64,000 nt of DNA, taken from positions 573,009 through 637,008 of the forward strand of contig OZ246402.1 of the NCBI GenBank assembly GCA_965230975.1. The letters run 5' to 3'. The translations under genes were made by a program, and so were the position numbers. Source of the stretch: an uncultured Candidatus Saccharibacteria bacterium. Its GTDB lineage: Bacteria; Patescibacteriota; Dojkabacteria; J137. Positions 57,501 through 64,000 of this stretch are shown in pieces; position 1 is the first letter of the stretch, and each line of letters begins with the position of its first letter. Under the pieces are notes generated by a model, which worked only from the letters and a program-made list of their open reading frames with translations, had not been told where the DNA came from and searched no databases.

Positions 57501-58211
57501 TTATGATTCTGGAGTATCGCCAACCAGTAATCTTAATTGGGAGATAATTTGGTCCAATTCCCCATCTTTATTAGAAATATAATTAGAAAATAAATGTCTT
57601 TTTGCAAGAATAGCTCGTGCATTTCTAATTCGACCCTGAAATTCAACCTCACTTTCTCCTCGATCTCTTAGTGAAAGTCTACTTGAAATTACCTCTAAAG
57701 CTTTTTCTACTCCATTCTCACCTTCAATTTCTTCAGTAGTAATAGGACTTATAAAGCAATCATAAATTGGAATATTAAGTCTCTTGAAGATATCTTTCAA
57801 AAGTAGAGCTCCATCAACGTCAATATCTAAGATTAAACGGTTTCCATTGTTCAAAGCCACTAGTATATCATCTAAGCTTGTTCCATAGTATCCTTGCCCA
57901 TATTTACTCCATTCTAATAGCTTATTTTTATTTACTTGGTCTAGGAAGTCACTTTCATCTAAGGAATGATAATTAGATTCATTAGGATTCATACTTTTAG
58001 TCGTCGTTCTATTAACTTTAGTATATCCTCGATTGCTTGCCATAAGTTTTTCAATTATAGAACTTTTACCAACTCCATTAGGGCCAGTAATCAAAATAAC
58101 TTGAAAGTTATGTTCACCTAGGCGTTCAGATAAAGTTAGAAAATTAATCTTATCTACAGTTTGGTTCTGTCCCCATTTATAATTTCTATCTAAGTCCATA
58201 ATTATCATCAA
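57501..58211 (-). CDS. guanylate kinase-like P-loop nucleotide kinase
   Basis: Walker A ILITGPNGVGKSS, NRTTTK (cf. Gmk SATTR), ...LEWSKYGQGYYGTS (Gmk Y-G-T-S). Confidence 0.6.
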   Translation of the reverse strand: MMIIMDLDRNYKWGQNQTVDKINFLTLSERLGEHNFQVILITGPNGVGKSSIIEKLMASNRGYTKVNRTTTKSMNPNESNYHSLDESDFLDQVNKNKLLEWSKYGQGYYGTSLDDILVALNNGNRLILDIDVDGALLLKDIFKRLNIPIYDCFISPITTEEIEGENGVEKALEVISSRLSLRDRGESEVEFQGRIRNARAILAKRHLFSNYISNKDGELDQIISQLRLLVGDTPES

Positions 58212-59115
58212 TTAAATGTAATCTGCGTTCAATTTCTTCTATATCAATAGGAAACTCTATCATCCCTTCGTGCTCAACACTTATACTCGAGAGAGCATTT
58301 GCAAATTCAATAGATTCTTTTAATGCTGCAGATTGATTTAATTTAAATATAAAACCTGCTCTCCAAACATCTCCTGCTCCAGTTGGATCTATAGAATTTG
58401 TACGATAGGTTGGAAAGATTTGTTCTAATTCAGCAGTAACTAATTTGACTCCGCCTGCTCCCAAGGTTTCAATTACTACTTTTTTATTGTCAGTTAATTC
58501 TTTGGGAGACATCTTCAATCTTGACTGAATTCTTTCCCATTCGGCATGATTAGCAATTACAATACTAGAATTAGTTATACCACTTAATAATTCCTCGTCA
58601 GATAAATTATGTAATATCATTCCTGGATCATACATATAAGTACATTTTGATTCGATTAATATTCTTTGAACTGTGAGAAATAAACTTTTATCAATAGGTG
58701 AGAGTATTGTAAAGTCAGTTGATAAGAAAGGTGGAAGTAATTCCGGATCAATTAGTCTAGATAGTCTATCCTCAAATCTTAACCAGTCTTGGTGACCATC
58801 AGAGTATGTATTTACTTCTCCTTCTGAAGTAGAAGATCTTTCAAATACAAATAAATTTGCAACATCAACACCTACTTCAGCTAAAGTATTTCTCAGAACT
58901 TCTCCATTAGATCCTATCGCGCCAATTAAACTTATTTTATTTTCTGATAGGCGAGCTAAAGTATGAGCTATTGTGAATCCAGTGCCTCCTAGAAAAATTT
59001 CTGAAGATATATTTCTGTCTAAATAGTTATTTTTTACAAATCCAACTGAACCAATAATATTTATATGTGCCATACTATTTTTTATCACCAAATATCCTTC
59101 TGAATTCTTTATCAA
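58186..59115 (-). CDS. PfkB-family carbohydrate / nucleoside kinase
   Basis: C-terminal DPTGAGDVWRAGF (PfkB signature 2, GAGD); ribokinase-like fold length. Confidence 0.7.
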   Translation of the reverse strand: MIKNSEGYLVIKNSMAHINIIGSVGFVKNNYLDRNISSEIFLGGTGFTIAHTLARLSENKISLIGAIGSNGEVLRNTLAEVGVDVANLFVFERSSTSEGEVNTYSDGHQDWLRFEDRLSRLIDPELLPPFLSTDFTILSPIDKSLFLTVQRILIESKCTYMYDPGMILHNLSDEELLSGITNSSIVIANHAEWERIQSRLKMSPKELTDNKKVVIETLGAGGVKLVTAELEQIFPTYRTNSIDPTGAGDVWRAGFIFKLNQSAALKESIEFANALSSISVEHEGMIEFPIDIEEIERRLHLIDDNYGLR

Positions 59116-59662
59116 CTAACTTTCTTATTAATTCGGCTTTGCTAACTTCAAGATTTGTAGAGAGTTGTTCCATTTGTTTAAGTGTATTTGTTTTTAAAAC
59201 TACATTAAATCTTCTCTTTGGGGGATCAAGTTCGTCGATGTATTCAATAATCACATCTTCTAATTTATCTAAGTCCTTATATCTTCTAACGGTAACGAAG
59301 TCTTCTCCATACGAAAGAAGTGTTTCTGGAAATTCATTATATTTATCCTCATGAACAAGACAAAGTACAGGAATTTTATTTTCTAATGCTAATATTGTCT
59401 GAAAGAATACAGTTCTTGATTTATCAGTGAAGTATGCAACAGCAAAATCAATAGATCTAATTTGTTTTTGCGTCCCATCTACAATCGAATCTGTTTTATT
59501 CCTAACAGTTTTCTTGATAGCTGGTGGATATTCGTCAACAAATGCTGGATTATACATAGATACTCCTTGTGCACGAATTATATTTGCTATTTTTCTATAT
59601 ATTTCTATATTCAGATCTATATTTTTTATTGAAGCAAATAATCCAAATCTTTTAGCTTTCAT
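59075..59662 (-). CDS. two-domain protein: N-terminal Rossmann-like domain (possibly nucleoside 2-deoxyribosyltransferase / SLOG-like) fused to a C-terminal ribbon-helix-helix DNA-binding domain
   Basis: C-terminus RRFNVVLKTNTLKQMEQLSTNLEVSKAELIRKLVDKEF fits the RHH (CopG/Arc) pattern; the N-terminal domain assignment is weak. Confidence 0.45.
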   Translation of the reverse strand: MKAKRFGLFASIKNIDLNIEIYRKIANIIRAQGVSMYNPAFVDEYPPAIKKTVRNKTDSIVDGTQKQIRSIDFAVAYFTDKSRTVFFQTILALENKIPVLCLVHEDKYNEFPETLLSYGEDFVTVRRYKDLDKLEDVIIEYIDELDPPKRRFNVVLKTNTLKQMEQLSTNLEVSKAELIRKLVDKEFRRIFGDKK

Positions 59663-60453
59663 AGTTTATAAAAATATTTAAGAACAATATTAAATAATCT
59701 TTTAGGTAAGTGACATTTACAAAATGCCAGAACTTTATCCCTATAGCTAACAAACTGAGATCTATTAGATTCAAAAATTATTGACTCTACGAGCTTAGCT
59801 ACATCTTCAGCTTTATTTCTGTCACTAAAAAAGTTTCTAAATCGTATTTGCCATTCCTCATATAGACTTTTGTATATACTATTTTCTATATTAATTGTTT
59901 CAATTATATTTTTGCCAAAACTACTTTTCACAGCACCTAAATAAATATTAGCTACTTTTATTTCAGATTCCTCGTTTAGAATGTCCAGAGTTTTACTAAA
60001 TGCCAGTTTAGATATTTCGTAATAGCCAAATGTAGGTATGTCTAATAATGAGCCTAAGGCTGCTAAATTTATTACTATTCCTTGGTTACTACGCAATTTG
60101 GGAATCAGAGATTTTAATAATTCTGTTGGACCGAAATAATTTATTTCAAATTGCTTACGAATATTCTCTATACTTAAGTCTTCGATAGTCCCTCTAAAAC
60201 CAACACCCGCATTGTTTATAAATATGTCTACTTGTTCATCTTTAAGTAAATTTATAACTTTCGGTATGCTATTAGAGTTACCTAAATCAACTTCAATAAA
60301 TTTATAATTGGACGGTTGTGAATCTATATTATTTCTACCTAATCCGATTATCTCCACATCATTTCTACTAGACAGCAAGGAAACAATAGAGTATCCAATG
60401 CCTGAACTGACTCCTGTGATAATGATTTTTTTCCTTTTATTTGATTGATTCAT
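59659..60453 (-). CDS. short-chain dehydrogenase/reductase (SDR)
   Basis: TGVSSGIGYSI (TGxxxGIG) cofactor motif, NNAG, and Y-x-x-x-K (YEISKLA). Confidence 0.75.
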   Translation of the reverse strand: MNQSNKRKKIIITGVSSGIGYSIVSLLSSRNDVEIIGLGRNNIDSQPSNYKFIEVDLGNSNSIPKVINLLKDEQVDIFINNAGVGFRGTIEDLSIENIRKQFEINYFGPTELLKSLIPKLRSNQGIVINLAALGSLLDIPTFGYYEISKLAFSKTLDILNEESEIKVANIYLGAVKSSFGKNIIETINIENSIYKSLYEEWQIRFRNFFSDRNKAEDVAKLVESIIFESNRSQFVSYRDKVLAFCKCHLPKRLFNIVLKYFYKL

Positions 60454-61381
60454 CTTTAGCTAAACTTAGTAATAATCCAGTTGAAATATTGTTGTTACTT
60501 GGAAAAATTCTATTTATTTTTAAATATTCGCAGATTGCAAATATATTCATAAGCGCCTTATCTGCTGCCCACATATAATAAGGTTCGTCTGGGTAAAGAG
60601 GCATTCTATCTTCATAACTTAAACTAATTAGTTTCTCGTAAAGAGGTTTTAATTCTTCAACAGTTGTTTCGAACTTATGAGCACCAGTATTGTCAGAAGG
60701 TATTAGATTAAGATTCATTGCTTTAAAGAAATCTATAATGTTTGTACTTCCATAAACTAACAGTTCAGGTTGATTCTTTCCCTCAGTTAGAGATTTTAAC
60801 TGTTCTTTGACATAATCATAAGCTGCATTTACTTCCTCTTCACTAGGATGATGTGTTTTAGAGAATCTTTCTTGTAGATAATAAGTCCCTGTTTTAAATA
60901 AGAATGTTTGGAATATTTCTTCATCTTTTCCAATAACGACCTGAACACTTCCTCCTCCAATATCTGAAACTGCAATCACTTTACCGGGAAAATCTTTAGA
61001 AACTGAATGAAAGTAGACTTTTGCTTCATCGTCATGAGAAAGTGTTATTAATGAAATCTCAGTCTCTTGTTTTATCTTTTTTAAAACCTCATCTGCATTT
61101 TTTGCCTTTCGAATAGCTTCTGTGGTAACTCCAACATATTTGTTAACTCCAAATTCATTCATTTTTTCTTTGAAAAGTTTAAGAGCCTCAATTGTTTTAT
61201 CAATAGATTTCTCAATGATTGTATTATCAGTTTTATCAAGATCTCTTCCAAGAACAGTTAATTGTTTATCTTTATAAACTAATTCTGAATTGTAATTCGA
61301 ATCAAATTCTCTAATTTCGAACTTTGATTTTAATGTTCCAACATCTATCACAGCAACTTTTTTCTTTTTATTTTCTGACAT
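60437..61381 (-). CDS. Ppx/GppA family phosphatase (ASKHA superfamily)
   Basis: VAVIDVGTLKSKFEI (phosphate-1), SDIGGGSVQVVIG (GGGS phosphate-2). Confidence 0.65.
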   Translation of the reverse strand: MSENKKKKVAVIDVGTLKSKFEIREFDSNYNSELVYKDKQLTVLGRDLDKTDNTIIEKSIDKTIEALKLFKEKMNEFGVNKYVGVTTEAIRKAKNADEVLKKIKQETEISLITLSHDDEAKVYFHSVSKDFPGKVIAVSDIGGGSVQVVIGKDEEIFQTFLFKTGTYYLQERFSKTHHPSEEEVNAAYDYVKEQLKSLTEGKNQPELLVYGSTNIIDFFKAMNLNLIPSDNTGAHKFETTVEELKPLYEKLISLSYEDRMPLYPDEPYYMWAADKALMNIFAICEYLKINRIFPSNNNISTGLLLSLAKDESIK

Positions 61382-62666
61382 AAAAATAATTTTTTAATAA
61401 GTAATAATTTTGAGATAGATTAGATCGTAAAAAGCTACCACTAACAATATTAACGGTTTTTACATCTTCAATATCTTTTATTGTTTCTAAATCTACACTT
61501 CTATCTATTGTAATCGAAACAGGTCCCTTATATGCGTAGTTAATCATTTTGTGAGCTCGATTAAAATTAGATACTCGTTCAGTGTGATTCTTTGATTGAA
61601 GACAGACTAATGTTTCGTCTTTAATAAATTTTTCCCAAGGAAATAACTCATCAATTAAATCTTTAACGTCAAGGCTATAGTTTATTTTTTCAATAGTTAA
61701 TTTCTCGGTTTCAAATTTATCATAATTATCTCGGTTAATATGAAGAAAGATCTTACTACTTATATCTGTTTCTATATCTAAAAATTTGATCATTTGTTCA
61801 TACGATTCTTCTGATTTTGCAAATATGTGATAGTGAACATTAATGTGCGATGATTTCTCCCTTATATTTTTTATCAATTCTAATGTTAGATTAAGATTAG
61901 TGGATTGTTCGACAAATCCATCGGTGATATCTATATGTAAAAAATCAATTTTAGCTAATATTGCCTCATCGAGTGTATCAATATTTTGCTGAACAATATC
62001 TTGTATGGCATATCCAACTTGGTGATTTGAGATAATACTTTCTTTGTATAAAAGTTTAGCAATTGTGGACATTTTATTAGCATCTGTATTTTCAAATTCT
62101 GTTTTAGTAGCGGCTTTTATATTAGATTGTATATCAAAGCCATAAATATCAAGATCGATATACTTATAAAGATTTTCAGCTGCAATTCCACCTGCGAGAA
62201 AGATATTTTTTATATTGAGACTTTTAACTAGAGTATTTACTTTATCAAAACCTATTTCTTTTCCTGTACCTCCAACAAAGGATTTATCTAAAATATAGTT
62301 ATCTGCGTTTTTATTAGGTTTATCACTTTCAGATATAAGTACTTGAAATATTTCAACACTATCTCCATAGACACCTTTTAGATTGTCAATAATCTCATTT
62401 GAGTTAGAGTAATGTAGTTGAACAGCATCAAACTCCATGGAATTAATTAATTCTATAAGTGTCTCTAATTTTGTTTCCTTAGTAACCAAAACAGATTTGG
62501 TATCGGGATAAAACATTTTTAATTCCTTTATACAAATCTTGATCAGATCTAATCTTTTAAAATCATTTTCTGAAATAAGGTGAAACCCAAGATAATCTAT
62601 ACCTAGTTTTCCTGCAGTTCTTGTTTCGAAAATATTTTTTATATCGCAAAATTTAATTTTCTTCAT
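61368..62666 (-). CDS. fusion of a phosphoribosylanthranilate isomerase-like (TrpF-fold) domain and a ribulose-phosphate 3-epimerase-like TIM-barrel domain
   Basis: N-half YILDKSFVGGTGKEIGFD...FLAGGIAAENL (TrpF-like); C-half AILAKIDFLHIDITDGFV...VSGSFL (RPE-like HVDVMDGHFV / VAGSAIF). Confidence 0.5.
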   Translation of the reverse strand: MKKIKFCDIKNIFETRTAGKLGIDYLGFHLISENDFKRLDLIKICIKELKMFYPDTKSVLVTKETKLETLIELINSMEFDAVQLHYSNSNEIIDNLKGVYGDSVEIFQVLISESDKPNKNADNYILDKSFVGGTGKEIGFDKVNTLVKSLNIKNIFLAGGIAAENLYKYIDLDIYGFDIQSNIKAATKTEFENTDANKMSTIAKLLYKESIISNHQVGYAIQDIVQQNIDTLDEAILAKIDFLHIDITDGFVEQSTNLNLTLELIKNIREKSSHINVHYHIFAKSEESYEQMIKFLDIETDISSKIFLHINRDNYDKFETEKLTIEKINYSLDVKDLIDELFPWEKFIKDETLVCLQSKNHTERVSNFNRAHKMINYAYKGPVSITIDRSVDLETIKDIEDVKTVNIVSGSFLRSNLSQNYYLLKNYFYVRK

Positions 62667-63352
62667 AGTAGATTATTTATAACATTCAACATGTCTGATT
62701 TGTAATCAGCTAATATAAACTTTGACCCAGCATTTAGTGCAAATTCCCTATCAATTAGATCATTATCACCAATATAATAATCCATCTTTACTCCAGAAAC
62801 ACTGTTCAGCTTATAAGCACCAAAACTATCAGGCTTATCTTTTAATATTTGACCTTCATATAAATCTTCTTCACCAATAATTACATCAAAAAAATCAATT
62901 AGATTGGCTTTAATTAATAGTGAAGTCACAATAGTCTTTCTAGTTGAACTAACAATTCCAATCTTTATATTTTTACTTTTAAGTGCAATTAATGCTGGAG
63001 TCAGATTCAGAGCAATTTGCTCTAATAAAGAATAGGTTTCTTCTTCAAGAATTGCTTTTATAGTTGCACTTTCTTTTAAACCCATAATTCTTTTTACTAT
63101 TTCATCTTCATTTTTTTCATTAAAATAAATACTGATCTGTTCTTTCATTCGAAAGTTGTTATCTAGAAATCCTTTCTTAATTCTTCGATAACTGTCAAAT
63201 CTTTCTCGGAGATTTGGTTCATAAGGAAGTAAATCTTCCAATAGAAAATTTATCCTCAAATCTTTTAAAGCAGATTCCCATCCTCTCTTATGAAAGCTGG
63301 TAGATTTTGCTATTGTTCCATCGAAATCAAATACAATAAACATATTAATCAA
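62663..63352 (-). CDS. HAD-superfamily phosphatase
   Basis: N-terminal IVFDFDGTIA (motif I), C-terminal YYIGDNDLIDREFALNAG (motif IV region). Confidence 0.7.
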   Translation of the reverse strand: MINMFIVFDFDGTIAKSTSFHKRGWESALKDLRINFLLEDLLPYEPNLRERFDSYRRIKKGFLDNNFRMKEQISIYFNEKNEDEIVKRIMGLKESATIKAILEEETYSLLEQIALNLTPALIALKSKNIKIGIVSSTRKTIVTSLLIKANLIDFFDVIIGEEDLYEGQILKDKPDSFGAYKLNSVSGVKMDYYIGDNDLIDREFALNAGSKFILADYKSDMLNVINNLL

Positions 63353-64000
63353 TATAATTTTTTAATAAACTAATTATTTTTTGTTTCTCTTTATCAAAAA
63401 CTCCTTGACGATTAGTATAACTAAATTTTTTATAAGTACCTGTGAAATTACTTGTGTAAGTAACTATTGCCTTTTCTAATACTTCGGGATTTACTCCTCC
63501 ATGATATGGTCTGATGAGATGATGATACCTATTAGTATTTTTAAATGATACAACAGCTAGAAAAGCTTCTTTAATATTTTTTGGATACAAATCTAAGAAG
63601 GTTTGAATTGTCTTTCCAGTTGTGGTCGAATCATCTAGGATTAAGACCTTATCAAAGCCTTGAAAATAGTTCTCATTATAAAAAGGTGGTAAAGAGTCAT
63701 CTAGATCTTGAACATAATTTGAACTTCCAGTTGAGTAGTTTGAAAGTGAGCAAATAATCTGACTTTCTAATGATTTATTTATGGTCATTCTAAAAGCATT
63801 AACAGCAAACGGAAGTTCCATTCCACCATATGCGAAACTCACAAGAAGAGTGTTAGATGGAATATATTGATCCGATACAACTTTAGCAAAATTTATAATT
63901 TTGTAAGGATGGCTACATTCTCTTATCTTCCTAATAATGTTGTTTTCCCAATGCTCACTAAATAGAGATCGAGAAGAGATCTCACTACAAAATCTCTTGT
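63345..64000 (-). CDS. type I phosphoribosyltransferase; the reading frame stays open upstream to the window edge, so the 5' end may lie outside the window (track start is GTG 63842)
   Basis: PRPP-binding motif VLILDDSTTTGKT; manual translation of 63843-64000 in the same frame shows no stop. Confidence 0.6.
   Translation of the reverse strand, partial: KRFCSEISSRSLFSEHWENNIIRKIRECSHPYKIINFAKVVSDQYIPSNTLLVSFAYGGMELPFAVNAFRMTINKSLESQIICSLSNYSTGSSNYVQDLDDSLPPFYNENYFQGFDKVLILDDSTTTGKTIQTFLDLYPKNIKEAFLAVVSFKNTNRYHHLIRPYHGGVNPEVLEKAIVTYTSNFTGTYKKFSYTNRQGVFDKEKQKIISLLKNYID

Noticed and set aside
1-64000. Alternative genetic code (UGA recoded, as in Gracilibacteria/SR1) given the CPR-like content
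   Set aside because: Long ORFs (for example 1383, 762, 756 and 634 aa) are uninterrupted under the standard code, so there is no need to invoke UGA read-through.
1-64000. Prophage or integrative element, integrase, transposase or IS
   Set aside because: No ORF with integrase, transposase, terminase, capsid or portal-like motifs was seen. The tRNA-associated repeats stand alone.

Overview
AT-rich (roughly one-third GC by eye), densely coding bacterial chromosomal segment. It reads cleanly with the standard genetic code: the long ORFs contain no in-frame TGA. The gene content includes oligoendopeptidase F, a single-polypeptide transketolase, RadA, RarA, a stand-alone LigD polymerase domain, MscL, many small hypothetical proteins and a nucleoside-salvage-like operon. 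Together with the composition this suggests a small-genome, possibly Patescibacteria/CPR-like organism (inference only). I support about 80 CDS. One tRNA-Gly(UCC) is preceded by an unusual tandem array of its own 5' half, and a degenerate 3' tRNA fragment lies 0.9 kb downstream. There are two families of conserved intergenic repeats: about 74 nt at 7.3 kb and 24.5 kb, and 45 nt at 55.5 kb and 57.2 kb. A DNA-damage-tolerance neighbourhood contains radA, mpg, an MBL-fold exonuclease, umuC, umuD-like, rarA, ligD-pol and a YhcG nuclease, with a palindromic candidate operator. A 1383-aa DUF2341/FN3 surface protein is translationally coupled to a MacB-type ABC transporter. Other features are an exopolysaccharide-like locus (processive GT2), a frameshifted nucleotidyltransferase pseudogene carrying a 3x 8-bp tandem repeat, a compositionally aberrant GT-rich ORF, and a terminal 8-gene nucleotide / sugar-phosphate operon. 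No CRISPR array, integrase, transposase or rRNA was seen.
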